A DNA stretch of 64,000 bases from an uncultured Acidimicrobiia bacterium (GCA_963752075.1 CAVVWO010000002.1:259993-323992), one strand, 5' to 3'. Shown: positions 49,683 through 61,205, counted from the first letter of the stretch. The notes: generated by a model not told the origin, from the letters alone. Numbers and translations are program-made.

Positions 49683-50312
49683 ATGGTTCGTCAAACGTTC
49701 CTCGAAACGGTGGACCTGACCGCCGATCTCCTCGAGAGTCCCGAGGTCGTCAGGCATTGGGCGTCGCCGTCCGTGCTGGAGGGCTATACCGTGGGGGGAT
49801 TGGCGGGACATCTGGCACGAGCCGCCATCACGGTGGACCGATATCTCGACGACGAACCCCCGGACGGATCGCCGATCAGCTCAGCCGAATACTTCATCCG
49901 GGGTTTGGGCGACGCCGACCCGATCCAGGACGAACTCCACGTGGCCACCCGCGAGCGTGGCGAGCAGGCCGGCTCGATTGGACCCCATGCACTCGCAGCG
50001 GAGGCTCGGACCATTCGCAGCCGACTCGCCGTCCGATTCGAGACCGAGCGCTCCGATCGTCGCGTCGCCGTCTTCCAGGGGTTGTGCATGCTCGTCGACG
50101 ACTACCTCGAGACCCGCATCGTCGAGCTCGTCATTCATCTCGACGACCTGGCGGCCAGCGTGGGCCGCACGCCACCCAGAGTAAGCCCCGAGGCCGAATC
50201 CCTCGTTCTCCGCACCCTCGTGGAGATGGCGGCTGCCCGCCACGGCGCTTCCGTCATGATCCGAGCCCTGGCCAGACGCGAACGAGTCACCGAATGGCCC
50301 ACCGCCTTCTGA
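49683..50312 (+). CDS. DinB-like / maleylpyruvate-isomerase N-terminal domain protein (mycothiol-dependent enzyme family)
   Basis: 209 aa. The N-terminal pattern W.SPSVLEGYTVGGLAGHLAR resembles the MDMPI_N fold with its metal-binding His. Confidence 0.45.
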   Translation: MVRQTFLETVDLTADLLESPEVVRHWASPSVLEGYTVGGLAGHLARAAITVDRYLDDEPPDGSPISSAEYFIRGLGDADPIQDELHVATRERGEQAGSIGPHALAAEARTIRSRLAVRFETERSDRRVAVFQGLCMLVDDYLETRIVELVIHLDDLAASVGRTPPRVSPEAESLVLRTLVEMAAARHGASVMIRALARRERVTEWPTAF

Positions 50313-50331
50313 CCAACACCTGAGGGAGATC

Positions 50332-50979
50332 ATGTCAGTTCACCAAACTACCCATCCGTCCGAAGGCATAGCCGTCCAAGGTGTCGGGCGGGCGACAGTT
50401 GTCCCGGATACTCTTTCGCTCCAACTCGGGACTCACGTCATCAGCCCAACGGTCGCGACGGCGCTCGAGCGGGCCTCTGCGGATTCGAGGAACCTCCTCG
50501 GCATTCTCGAGCGCTTCGAGGTGCCGCGGACCCACATCCAAACCGGACAGATGGCCATACATCCCCAATGGAACTACACGGGAACCGAACAGCGACTGGT
50601 CGGGTATCAGGTGGCCATCGACCATACCGTCACTGTCTCCACCGCGGAGGCGGCCGCCGCCACGATCACCGCCGCGGCCGAACAACTCGGTGACTCCCTC
50701 GTCATCGGTGCTTTGACCTGGTCGGTGGATCAACCCGCCGAAGCTCTGGTGGCGGCGCGTCTCGCCGCCTGGAACGACGCCAACACCAAGGGTCGACACC
50801 TCGCCGAGCTAGCCGGACGAGCCCTGGGTTTGGCCGTATGGATTCGAGAGGCAGGACCCCAGCCCACCCCGTTCGCCACCATGGCTCGGGCCGAAATGGC
50901 CAATGGACCGGCGCTCGAACCTGGGCAATCGACTGTCGAGGTCTATCTCGACGTGGTGTTCGCCTTCGGGGCCGCCTGA
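50332..50979 (+). CDS. SIMPL (DUF541) domain protein
   Basis: 215 aa with GIAVQGVGRATVVPDTLSLQLG..., I.GYQV....V.V and a terminal EPGQSTVEVYLDVVF pattern typical of SIMPL/BP26-like proteins. Confidence 0.55.
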   Translation: MSVHQTTHPSEGIAVQGVGRATVVPDTLSLQLGTHVISPTVATALERASADSRNLLGILERFEVPRTHIQTGQMAIHPQWNYTGTEQRLVGYQVAIDHTVTVSTAEAAAATITAAAEQLGDSLVIGALTWSVDQPAEALVAARLAAWNDANTKGRHLAELAGRALGLAVWIREAGPQPTPFATMARAEMANGPALEPGQSTVEVYLDVVFAFGAA

Positions 50980-51089
50980 CCGGTTGAGCTTTCTCGACCC
51001 TCCCCCACCCCCGAGTGGTCTTGGCTTTTCTCAAGACGAGATCGTCTGCACAGCTACACTGCCCACGGCCAGAAACGACGGAGTTGATT

Positions 51090-51962
51090 GTGAAGTGGAA
51101 GAACCTTCGGGGTAGTGGGAATATCGAAGATCGGCGAACGCGTCCCGGCCGCACCGTCGCCGGCGGAGCAGGAGGTGTGGGCATCGTCGGCCTCCTCGTC
51201 TTCCTCGCCATTCAATTCCTCGGAGGCGGCGAGGGCGGTTTCGATCCGTCGGTCCTCGAGCAGCTCCAGCCGGCCGGGAGCGGCGCCGCCTCCAGCGGCC
51301 CCGAGGTGGAACTCACGGCCGAGGAGCAGGAGTACGAAGACTTCGTCTCGAAGGTGATCGGCGACACCGACTTCGTGTGGGATCAGATCTTCACCGATGC
51401 CGGCCTCACCTATCAACGACCGCGCCTCGTCCTGTTCCGCGGCGCCACCCAGTCGGGATGCGGAGGGGCCAATAGTCAGGTCGGTCCGCACTACTGCCCG
51501 CTCGATGACACGATCTACGTCGATGAGACCTTCTTCGATGCGGTGCTCGAATATCAGCTCGGCGCCCAAGGCGGCGACTTCGCCGAGGCCTACGTCTTGG
51601 CCCATGAGGTCGGACACCACGTCCAGAACGAGCTGGGCATCAATGAGCAGGTGCGCACGCTCCAGCAGCAGTCTCCAGGAGAAGCCAACCAACTGTCCGT
51701 GCGGATGGAACTCCAGGCCGACTGCTTTGCCGGGGTGTGGGCGCATTCCGTCGCCGAATTAGATGCCGTGGCATTGTCGCAATCCGACATCCGTGAGGCG
51801 ATCGATGCCGCCGCCACCGTTGGGGACGACCGCATCCAGCAGACCACCCAGGGTCGAGTCAATCCCGAGGCGTGGACGCACGGCTCGGCGGAGCAGCGAG
51901 TCGACTGGTTCACCCGCGGCTACGAGACCGGCGACGCCAACGAGTGCAACACCTTCGACTGA
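51090..51962 (+). CDS. neutral zinc metallopeptidase (YpfJ-type)
   Basis: GTG 51090 gives VKWKNLRGSGNIEDRRT, followed by a TM helix. It also has YCPLDDTIYVD and HExxH (LAHEVGHHVQ). The track start at 51015 adds 25 residues. Confidence 0.75.
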   Translation: MKWKNLRGSGNIEDRRTRPGRTVAGGAGGVGIVGLLVFLAIQFLGGGEGGFDPSVLEQLQPAGSGAASSGPEVELTAEEQEYEDFVSKVIGDTDFVWDQIFTDAGLTYQRPRLVLFRGATQSGCGGANSQVGPHYCPLDDTIYVDETFFDAVLEYQLGAQGGDFAEAYVLAHEVGHHVQNELGINEQVRTLQQQSPGEANQLSVRMELQADCFAGVWAHSVAELDAVALSQSDIREAIDAAATVGDDRIQQTTQGRVNPEAWTHGSAEQRVDWFTRGYETGDANECNTFD

Positions 51963-52016
51963 GGCTCCTCGGGTCGCCCTCTTGGTAAGGTTCCTCGACA
52001 ACCCTCGAGGAGTCTC

Positions 52017-52688
52017 ATGCAGTCGCCCGATTTCACCGTCACCGACCAGGCTGGTCGCCCTTGGACGCTCTCGGAGCATCTCGACGCCGCAGCCATCCTG
52101 ATCTTCCTCCGCGGCGATTGGTGACCCTACTGCAGCGGCCAGCTGGTCAGCTTGGCTTCGCGGCACGAAGACTTCCTCGCCGGCGGAGGTCGCCTGTTCG
52201 GCGTAGTGATCGATTCTCCCGAGCAGAATGCCGCCACTGTCGAACGACTCTGGCTTCCGTTCCCGATTCTGAGCGATCCCGGTCGCGCCTCAGCAATCAC
52301 CCCCTACGGTGTGGCCAACCCGACTGACGAACGAAACCTGGCCATCCCCGCAGTCGTGATCATCACCCCTGGCGGCGAGGAGGCTTGGCGGTGGGTGGCC
52401 CGCGACTTCGCCGATCGGATTCCTGAAGATGAGGTTCTGGCCGAGCTTCAGGCTCTCGGCCTCTCCCCGACCTCCCAGACGCCTCCCGAGACCGTGAATC
52501 CGCAGCCCGGTCGCCGTGCCATGCCAATCGATCAGCTCGGCTCATACCTGCGGGGCGCGCGCTTTGCAGCGGTTGCCCTGGGCAATCGCCACCCCGCGAT
52601 CGCCGACGACACGACTGCCTACGTTGAGGAGATGGACCGGTTCCTGAAGGCGGTGACGCTACTCAAGGGCAGACAAGCTGCCGGCTGA
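52017..52688 (+). CDS. peroxiredoxin-like (AhpC/TSA, thioredoxin-fold) protein with in-frame TGA at the first Cys of the W-C-P-x-C motif: candidate selenoprotein (U-x-x-C)
   Basis: ATG 52017 has GAGGAG 6 nt upstream and gives MQSPDFTVTDQAGRPWTLSEHLDAAAILIFLRGDW-[TGA 52122-52124]-PYCSGQLVSLASRHEDFLAGGGRLFGVVIDSPEQN...LPFPILSDP. The frame is continuous with track ORF 52152..52688, whose 'start' is an internal TTG. A SECIS-like hairpin follows the TGA. Confidence 0.6.
52135..52161 (+). promoter_or_regulatory. candidate bacterial SECIS hairpin
   Basis: Pairs are G52135-C52161, C36-G60 and G37-C59, then a UU bulge (57-58). These are followed by G38-C56, C39-G55, C40-G54 and A41-U53, a bulged U52, then G42-C51 and C43-G50. 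The apical loop is UGGUCA (52144-52149), and its GGUC lies 23-26 nt after the U of the UGA. Confidence 0.5.
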
Positions 52689-52702
52689 GGCGCACCGACC
52701 GC

Positions 52703-53269
52703 CTACTTGGAGAGCCCTTCGAGCAACAAGCCGGACAGATCCGTGGCGGCCAAATGCGCATCGGCTCCCTCGCCGACGAGATGGCCGACGCCCCCGATCA
52801 TGTGGAACATCAACTCGGCCGTTCGTGCAGGAGACGGTTGCGGGCGGAGATGGCCGGACTCGACGCCGCTGGTGAGCACGTCTTCGAGTGCCTGACGGAT
52901 TCGTCGCACTCGTCCCTCGATTTGGACCCGGGCCTCAGGAGACATGAGGGTCCGCATCGAAACGTGGAAGTCACGCTGGGCGAACCGGACCATGGCCTCG
53001 CGCACGAAGATTCGAATCTGTTCGGATGGATCGGTAGTCTGGGCGAGGGTTGATTCGATTCGTCCGGCCATCTCATCGATCTCTTCGAGCAGATACTCGA
53101 GGAGGGCGGCTTCGACGGTAGGGCATTTGTTGTAGAGGGTCTGCCGAGAGACATCGGCGCGTTCTGCCACAGCGGTCATCGTCACGTTCGACAGGCCGCG
53201 CTCCTCGACGAGCGAGTACGCCGCGTCGAGTATGCGACGTCGGGTGGTCTGCTCGGGTCGATTTGACAT
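52703..53269 (-). CDS. TetR family transcriptional regulator
   Basis: ATG 53269 gives MSNRPEQTTRRRILDAAYSLVEERGLSNVTMTAVAERADVSRQTLYNKC (TetR HTH). It is divergent from the MMPL gene. The track start at 53404 adds 45 residues. Confidence 0.8.
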   Translation of the reverse strand: MSNRPEQTTRRRILDAAYSLVEERGLSNVTMTAVAERADVSRQTLYNKCPTVEAALLEYLLEEIDEMAGRIESTLAQTTDPSEQIRIFVREAMVRFAQRDFHVSMRTLMSPEARVQIEGRVRRIRQALEDVLTSGVESGHLRPQPSPARTAELMFHMIGGVGHLVGEGADAHLAATDLSGLLLEGLSK

Positions 53270-53336
53270 TATGTCTATTCTATCATTGAATATCTGACAC
53301 TTCGTCCAAACTGTCGAGTGCACCGGAGCTGAACCC

Positions 53337-55879
53337 GTGAAAGCCATCATCCGTTTATTGGCGCGAGCCGTCGGAGGCGCTCCCGTCGCCGTCATCGCCG
53401 TCACCCTGGCACTGACCGCCGTCTTCGGCTATCTGACCATATTCGTGGCCGAACAGAGCACTGGCGGCCAGGAAGGCTTTTCGCCTGAGAATCCCGAGAT
53501 TCTCGCCTCGCAGAGGATCGGAGAGATCTTCGGAGAGGAAGCCACCCAGTCGGTGATGCAGGTGGTCGTGACCTCGGCGTCCGGGGACGTGATTTCAGCC
53601 GACGGCCTCGCAGCCGCCAACCGGGTCGTGCAAGCGATTGCGGAAAGCGAGTATGCGGATGTCGTCGCCGGTGATGCCCAGCAGCCTGGTGTCGTCACCT
53701 GGATGGCACCGGTCCAGCAGACTGCTGCCCAGCAGGGCATCGACACCGCCGGAATGGACGACTCCGCCATCCGCGGGCTGTACGACCAGGCACTCGCCGA
53801 AGGTGGTGAACAGCTCGGTTTCGTGAGCCAGCTCGTCAACGAGGACACCTCGACCGCCCTGGTCCTCGTGTTCGTGGACACCACCGACGATGCGACGGCA
53901 CAAGCGGAGCGTGAGGTCGGAATCGCCGAGGTCATCAGCGGACTCGATGTGGGATCGGACATCGAGCTCAGGCCGTTCAGCTTCAATCTCCTGTTCTCGG
54001 CGGATTCTGGGTTCGAAAGCGAGATCGGCCGTCTCTTCGGATCGGCGTTCGCCATCATCATCGGCATTCTCCTGTTCGTCTACTGGCTGAAGCCGCGCGG
54101 CCCCCACGCCAGTTGGATCCGATCCTTCCGGCGCACCGGCGCCGACATGGGCATGACGATGCTGACCATCGTCTTCGCCATCCTGTGGATGAACGGAATC
54201 GGCGGCATTCTCCAGCAGTTCGGATGGCTCGGTCCGTTCAACGAGATCAGCCAGATCGTGCCCATCCTTCTCATCGGCCTCGGTGTCGACTACGGCATCC
54301 ACCTCACGTCCCGCTACCGCGAGGACGTCGGTGAAGGCGACGACGTCGATGGAGGCATTCGAGCCGCGATCGGCACCGTTGGCGTTGCACTGGCCCTGGC
54401 CACCGTGACCACCGTCATCGGCTTCCTCACGAACGTCTTCAACCCGATTCCCGCGCTCAAGGACTTCGGGATCCTGGCGGCCATCGGCATCGGCGCTTCC
54501 TTCGTGCTCATGCTCACGTTCGTGCCCGCCGTGCGGGAGCTCCTCGATCGTCGGGCCGAAGCCAGCGATCGAGCTGCCGCGTGAAGCCATGGGCGCTACC
54601 AGCGAGCGCCTCCTTCCGATGCTCATGGAGAAGACCTCCATCCTGGCGGTCAAGGCTCCGGTCGCGACCCTCATAGTGACGGTGCTCCTGGGTGGACTCG
54701 GATACTACGGTCTCAGCAACATCTCAACCGAGTTCTCCTTCACCGATTTCCTCCCGGCCGATTCGCCAGGTGTGAAGACCTTCGAAATCCTCAACGATGA
54801 ATTCGGCGGTGGATTCGGAGAGACCACACAGGTGCTGGTCGAGGGTGATCTGTCGGACCCTGCCACGTACAACGCCATCGCTGCCGCCACCGCCAATATG
54901 GCGGACACTCCCGACGTGCTCACGTTCCCCACGCCAGTCGGTCCCGCAACCGGCGGTGAGCTCGCCGGTGTCGGTGGTCCAGCAGCTGCTCATTCCGGGA
55001 GAGGATGGCGCACCCTCGAACGCCGAGTTCGCCCAGTTCGCCATCCAGAACGGCCTCAATCCCGAAGATGGATCCATGGGTACAGAGGCCGATGTAACGG
55101 CGATCCTGATCGCGGCAGCCGACGCTGCTCCCGGCCAGATGAGCGCCGTCCTCGAGATCTCGGATGGAGCCCCGACCGCCGCCCTCTTAGAGATCAGCAC
55201 TCAAGCCGGAGAAAACCGGGCACTCGACCTTCGCGACAATCTGGTGACGGACCTGACTCCGCTCACCGACACCGGGGTCGAGGCCACCGCCGACCTCCCA
55301 GAACATCATCGGCGGTGCCATCGTCAACTCGCTCTCGTCTTCGCAGGTGCGATCACTCGTCACTCACCCTCATCGCCGCCACCATCGTCCTGGTCGATCA
55401 ACTTCTGGTTCGAGAATCGCCGACCGTTCCTCGGCGTCATCACGATGCTCCCGGTGGCCCTCGTGGTCCTCTGGACGTTCGGCCTCATGTACCTCAGCGG
55501 TATTCCGTTCGGTCCCGTGACGGCCACCCTCACCGGTCTCGCCGTCGGTATCGGTGTGCCCTACACCATTCACATGGCCAGGCGATTCGAAGAGGACCGC
55601 GCCCGGTTCACCAGCATCAACGAGGCCATCCGATCGACGACCCGCCACACAGGCGGCGCTCTCGCCGGCTCGGCGTTCACCACGGCGGCCGGATTCGGCA
55701 TCCTGATCACGTCCACGCTGACACCGTTCCGGCAGATGGGTCAGGTGACCGCCTATGCGATCGGTTTGAGTCTCTTCGGCGCGGTGCTCGTTCTGCCGTC
55801 GATGCTCGTACTGTGGGAACGGTGGCACCGTCGCCATGGAGACGCCGGGACCGAGAAGCCGACCGAGTCGCTCGTCTGA
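53337..55879 (+). pseudogene. MMPL/RND-superfamily membrane transporter, at least 4 frame changes
   Basis: The N-terminal half is ORF 53337..54584 (TM1, a large loop, then a TM bundle with LIGLGVDYGIHL). It continues as LPREAMGATSERLLPMLMEKTSILAVKAP (54589 frame), QQLLIPGEDGAPSNAEFAQFAIQNG (54797 frame), SLTLIAATIVLV (54589 frame) and INFWFENRRPFLGVITMLPV...GIGVPYTIHMARRF...* ending at 55879. Shifts lie near 54565, 54950 and 55290-55400 (approximate). Confidence 0.75.
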
Positions 55880-55941
55880 CCGACGCCGACCTGGCCGACG
55901 AAGCGGACAATCGGGCGCCCAGGACCGTTACCATTCCTCCC

Positions 55942-56502
55942 ATGACTCAACCCCACGTCGCCGTGTTCGGTTCGTCTCAGGCGCAGCCCGGCGATCCCTC
56001 CTATGTCTCTACGTTCCGACTCGGAGCGCTACTCGCCGCCGAAGGGGTAGCGGTTCTCAATGGCGGGTATGCGGGCCTCATGGAGGCCGTGTCGAGAGGG
56101 GCCTCCGAAAGCGGCGGCCACGTGATCGGGATCACTGCGCCACCGGTGTTTCCGGGCCGCACGGGCGCCAACGAATGGATCTCCGAGGAGCGAGCCCATC
56201 CCACCCTGACAGAACGCATTCACGACATCGTCACCCTGGCCGATGCCACCATCACCGTGGCCGGATCCCTCGGCACCCTCACCGAGCTCCTGGTCGCCTG
56301 GAACACCGCGTTTGTGGCCCGTTTCAGCGGTGCCACCCCGAAGCCGGTGATTGCGGTCGGCGCCCCGTGGAACGCGTCGATACCCCAGCTGGCCGAGGAG
56401 TTGAAGACGGACGGATCCCTGGTGACCACCGTGGAGACCATCGAGGAAGCAGTCGACCGACTGGTGCGTCAACTCGGCTTGACCCCTGGAGCGATCCGCT
56501 GA
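55942..56502 (+). CDS. LOG-family / TIGR00725-type Rossmann-fold nucleotide-binding protein
   Basis: 186 aa from ATG 55942 (MTQPHVAVFGSS...), with NGGYAGLMEAVSRGA and VAGSLGTLTEL motifs. It is read within the frame of track ORF 54589..56502. Confidence 0.6.
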   Translation: MTQPHVAVFGSSQAQPGDPSYVSTFRLGALLAAEGVAVLNGGYAGLMEAVSRGASESGGHVIGITAPPVFPGRTGANEWISEERAHPTLTERIHDIVTLADATITVAGSLGTLTELLVAWNTAFVARFSGATPKPVIAVGAPWNASIPQLAEELKTDGSLVTTVETIEEAVDRLVRQLGLTPGAIR

Positions 56503-57381
56503 TGAGCACCCGCAAACTCGTGGCCGCCGGCGGCATCGTATGGCGCCCCACCAAGAAGGGCGTGGAACTGCTCCTCTGCCACCGCCCCAACTATGGAGAC
56601 TGGACCTTCCCAAAGGGCAAACTCGACCTCGGGGAGTCCTTGCGCGTACTGCGCCCGTCGTGAAGTCGAAGAGGAGACGGGTCTGGTGTGCATCATGGGG
56701 CCTCGCCTTGGCAGCATCGACTACACCACACCGCGGGGCGACCCCAAGGAGGTCCACTACTGGTCCATGCATCCCGCCTCGGGGAGGTTCAAACCGAATA
56801 GCGAGGTCGACAAGATCGTGTGGCTTCGGCCGCAGGACGCCCTCCAGAAGTTGACCTATCCGCGGGACCGCGAATTCCTGACGGAGCTGGGAGCCCACTG
56901 GTGGTTGCTCGAACCTCGCGTCTTCCTCGTCCGCCACGCCCATGCCGGCAGTCGGTCGTCGTGGAGTGGGAAGGACACCAAACGACCACTCACCGACAAG
57001 GGGCGCCGCCAGGCCGAAGGGATCGCCAACAAACTCAAGAATGAGGGCGTGACCCGGATCCTGACCAGTTCGTACGTCCGGTGTAGGGAGACGGTCGAGC
57101 CGCTCGCCAATCTCCTCGGCGTGGATATCGAGGAACATCCGGCGCTCGAAGAAGGCGCCTTGGCCAAGGACACGATCGCCCTCATGACAGAACTGGCCGA
57201 TTCCCGTAGCGTTCTCGTCACCCACGGAGACGTGATCTTCGGCACGCTCGACAGGCTCGCCCAACAAGGCACCAACCTCAAACCCCCGGTCGACGCCAAG
57301 AAGGCGTCCACCTGGGTGTTCCATCCCGAGGACGATGGAAGCATGAGCAAGGGCCTCTATCTCCCGCCGCCCGTCGCCTAG
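56502..57381 (+). pseudogene. Nudix hydrolase fused to histidine-phosphatase (SixA-like) domain (MutT1-type architecture); one frame change near 56638
   Basis: ATG 56502 forms an ATGA overlap with the LOG stop. MSTRKLVAAGGIVWRPTKKGVELLLCHRPNYGDWTFPKGKLDLGESL joins ...CARREVEEETGL (Nudix box GX5EX7REVXEETG) in ORF 56593..57381. The C-terminal RHG phosphatase domain has VFLVRHAHAGSR...VTHGD. Confidence 0.7.
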
Positions 57382-57420
57382 CAACCTGTTCGAAGCAGGT
57401 GTCCTCCTCGCCGGCGGCTC

Positions 57421-60400
57421 CTAGCTGAGCGCCTCGGAGACGATCTCTTGCTGCTCGAGAGCGTGCAGCTTCGCCGAGCCGGTCGCCGGACTGGCCGAGG
57501 GCTCCCGACTCACCAGACCGATCCTCCGCCCGAGCAGGCCGCGCAGCAGCGGCCGGAGGTACGACATGGGTCCCATGTTGGCTGGTTCCTCCTGGACCCA
57601 GGCAACCTCGACTCCATCGGAGTATCTCGCCAGAGCATCGGCGAGCTCTTCCGCCGGGAATGGGTAGAGCTGCTCGATACGGAGCACCGCCACATCGTCC
57701 AATCCGGCTTCCTCGCGGCCGGCGGCGAGGTCGTAGTAGACCTTTCCACTACAGAGGACCACCTTCCGTACCCGGGTGGGTTCGGGATTCGTGGGATCGG
57801 GCAGCACCAGGCGACACGTACCGCCGATCAGGTCGGCGACCTCGGCAAAGGACGGCTTGGCACGCAGGAGACTCTTCGGCGTGAAGACGATCAGTGGTTT
57901 GCGGTCGGGATGTCTTCACCTGGCGCCTCAACAGATGGAAGTACGGCGGCGCGGTCGAAGGCACCGCGATCCGCAGGTTGTCCTCGGCGCCGATTGGAGG
58001 AATCGCTCGATCCGGGCACTGGAGTGCTCGGGTCCCTGACCTTCGTACCCGTGCGGCAGCAGCAGGACGCAAGCTCGGACGCTGGTCTCCACTTGGTCTC
58101 CCCGGCCGCGATGAACTGATCGATGATCACCTGGGCGCCGTTGACGAAGTCGCCGAACTGCGCCTCCCACAGCACGAGAGCCTCGGCATCTCGATCGAGT
58201 AGCCGTACTCGAAGCCCACCGCGGCGAACTCCGAGAGAAGGGAATCGACGATACGGAGGCGGGCGCGCTCTGCTGTGAGATCCTGGAGCGGGATCCATCG
58301 GCTCTCCGGTCTCGAAGTCGACGAGGGCCGCGTGGCGATGAGAGAAGGTCCCCGCTTCGAGTCCTCGCCGGCCAGCCGAATCCAGTGACCTTCCAGGGCC
58401 AGAGCGACCCGAAGGCCAGCGCCTCGGCCACCGCCCAATCCATGAGTCCCTCGTCCGAGCATGGCTGCGACCGATCTCGGACCAGTTCGCATCGAGCTTG
58501 GGGTGGAGCGTGAATCCGTCCGGCAGGACGTAGTGATCGCCGCCACGATCGTCTCGACCGGTAGCCGGAGATATCGAGGTGGCAATGGCCCGGGAGACTC
58601 GACCTCCGGGCGGCGACACCGTGGCGTCTGCGGCGGAAGCGCACGCGTCTCCTCGAAGGCCCGATCGAGCAATCCCCGGAACTCGCTCGAGGAGCTGCTC
58701 GCCTTCATCCACGGCAGAGCTCCCGGTGTTGACGAGACGCTCCAGGTAGAGCTTCCGAACCGAGCGGTGCTCGATCGATGATCCGGTACATGACGCGGCT
58801 GGGTGTACGACGGCTCGTCGCCCTCGTTGTGTCCGAGGCGCCGGTAGCAGATCATGTCGATGACGACGTCCTTGTGGAACGCCTGGCGGAAGGCGAAGGC
58901 GAGCCGGGCGACCTGGACGACCGCTTCGGGATCGTCGCCGTTGACGTGGAAGATCGGCGCCTGGACGGTCTTGGCGACATCGGTGGCGTAGAAGCTCGAG
59001 CGGGCTCGCAGCGTCGAGGTGGTGAACCCGACCTGGTTGTTGACGACGACGTGGACCGTTCCGCCGGTGCGGTAGCCGCGGAGCTGGCTGACAGGTTGAG
59101 CGTCTCGGCGACCACGCCCTGACCGGCGAAGGCGGCGTCGCCGTGGATCGAGGACCGGCAGCGACCTCGTCGTGCCCGACGACTCCCGCAGCCGCTCCTG
59201 TTTGGCCCGGACGATGCCTTCCAGCACCGGGTCGACCGCTTCGAGATGGCTGGGGTTGGCCGCCACCGACACCTCGATCTTGCGACCCGACAGGTCGACT
59301 CGTGAACGCCGGAGGCTCCGAGGTGGTACTTGACGTCGCCCGATCCCTGGGTCGTATCGGGATCGATGTCGCCCTCGAACTCGCCGGAAGATCCGCGACG
59401 AGGACTTGCCGATGATGTTGGCGAGCACGTTGAGCCGGCCCCGGTGCGCCATCCCGATGACGACCTCGTCCATACCGTCGTCGGCCGCCGCGTTGAGCAA
59501 CGCGTCGAGCAGCGGGATGAGGCTCTCGGCGCCCTCGAGGCTGAAGCGCTTGTGCCCCGAGGAACTTGGTGTGGAGGAAGCGTCTCGAAGGCTTCGGCCT
59601 CGTTGAGCTTCCGCAGGATGCGAAGCTTTTCGCTCGCGCCGCATGATCCGGCTGCGGCCTCTCGACGTGCTCTTGGATCCACACCTTCTGGTCCGGCTCC
59701 TGGATGTGCATGTACTCGATGCCGATGGTGCGGCAGTAGGCATCGCGGACCTGACCGAGGATGTCGCCGAGCGTCATCACCGGTTCTGACCGCGCAAGCC
59801 ACCGGTGGCGAACTCGCGGTCGAGGTCCCAGATGGTCAGCCGTAGGTCGAGCGGATCGAGTTCCGGATGGATCTCCGGCGGGTACTGACGCAGCGGATCG
59901 AGGTCGGCGATGAGGTGGCCGCGGACCCGGTACATGTTGATGAGCTGGAACACTCGAGCCTGCTTCTCGGCCCATTCGGCGTGCCCACCTGGCGGGTTGG
60001 CGTCCGACGCCCACCGAGCCGGGATGTAGGGGATGCCCATCGACCCGAAGATCTCGTCGTAGAACCCGTCTTCACCGAGCAGCAGCTCGTGGACCCTCGC
60101 CAGGAACAGGCCAGACTGCGGCCCCCTGAATGATCCGGTGGTCGTAGGTGGAGGTCATGTTGATCACCCGGCCGATCCCCATCCGGGCCAGGAACGTTCG
60201 GGATCGAGGCCTGAGTACTCCGGCGGGTAGGCGATAGCTCCGACGCCGACGATGAGGCCCTGATCGGGCATGAGTCGGGGCACTGACTGCACGGTGCCGA
60301 TCGTGCCGGGGTTGGTGAGGGTGACGGTGGTCCCTGCGAAGTCGTCCGGGGTGATCTGGTTCGATCGTACCCGGCGGACGAGGTCCTCGTAGGCGAGCCA

Positions 60401-61084
60401 GAACTCCTGAAAGTCCATCCGGTCGGCGTGCTTGATGTTCGGGACGAGCAGCGTGCGGGTTCCGTCCTTGCGTTCGACGTCGATGGCCAGACCCAGGTTG
60501 ATACCTTCGGGACGGATGAGGTGCGGCTTGCCGTCGAAGGTGGCAAACGCGACGTTCATGGCTGGTCGGGACTTCACCGCCTGGACGACGGCCCATCCGA
60601 TCAGGTGGGTGAAACTGACCTTGCCGCCCAGGGTGAGCCGGCGAGCTGGTTGTTGAGGATCCTGCGGTTGACCTCGAGCAGCTTGGCCGGAATGGAGCGC
60701 ACCGACGTGGCGGTGGGAACCGAGAGGCTTTCGTCCATCCGTTCGGCGATTCGCTGCCGAAGCTCCTTTGAGCAGCTCGGCATTGGCAGGCACCTCGGCG
60801 GCGACGGCCGGTTGAGGAGCGGGACTGGGAGCGGTGGCGGCCGGTACGGGGGCGGAGGGTTGTTCGACTTCGGGAACTGCGGTCTGGCGGGAAGCACCGA
60901 GCTCCCCCGCCCCGGCCGCCCTCCCTCCCGACACGGCTCCGCCGGGTTGGTAGTCCGAGAAGAAGTCCTGCCAGGCCTCGCTGACCGAATTGGGGGCATC
61001 GAGGTACTTTCGATACATCTCGTCGACGAGCCAGATGTTGGGACCGAAGTCACTCGCTTGCGTGTCGATGTCTGTGCTGGCCAT
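57421..61084 (-). pseudogene. kgd: multifunctional 2-oxoglutarate decarboxylase/dehydrogenase E1 with N-terminal E2-like domain (Kgd/SucA), at least 10 frame changes
   Basis: ATG 61084 gives MASTDIDTQASDFGPNIWLVDEMYRKYLDAPNSVSEAWQDFF. The acyltransferase-like part has TNPGTIGTVQSVPRLMPDQG and TSTYDHRIIQGA. E1 pieces sit in all three minus frames, including [51 protein letters not shown] and [12 protein letters not shown]. The intact C-terminus 57421..57807 ends ...WVQEEPANMGPMSYL...LEQQEIVSEALS*. Confidence 0.85.
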
Positions 61085-61205
61085 GGTTCCGGGTCGCTCG
61101 CGGAGGGGTAGATCATGGTACCGACGCCCAGGGGAAATCCAAGTGGCAGAAATCCAAGGGGGTGAGCGGCACCTGGTGGATCCCGTAGGTGCGTACACTC
61201 TCGGC

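Noticed and set aside
52061-52327. Track ORF 52061..52327(+) as an alternative gene overlapping the candidate selenoprotein
   Set aside because: Its translation is Arg/Pro-rich with no motif, whereas the 52017 frame gives a continuous peroxiredoxin-like domain on both sides of the TGA.
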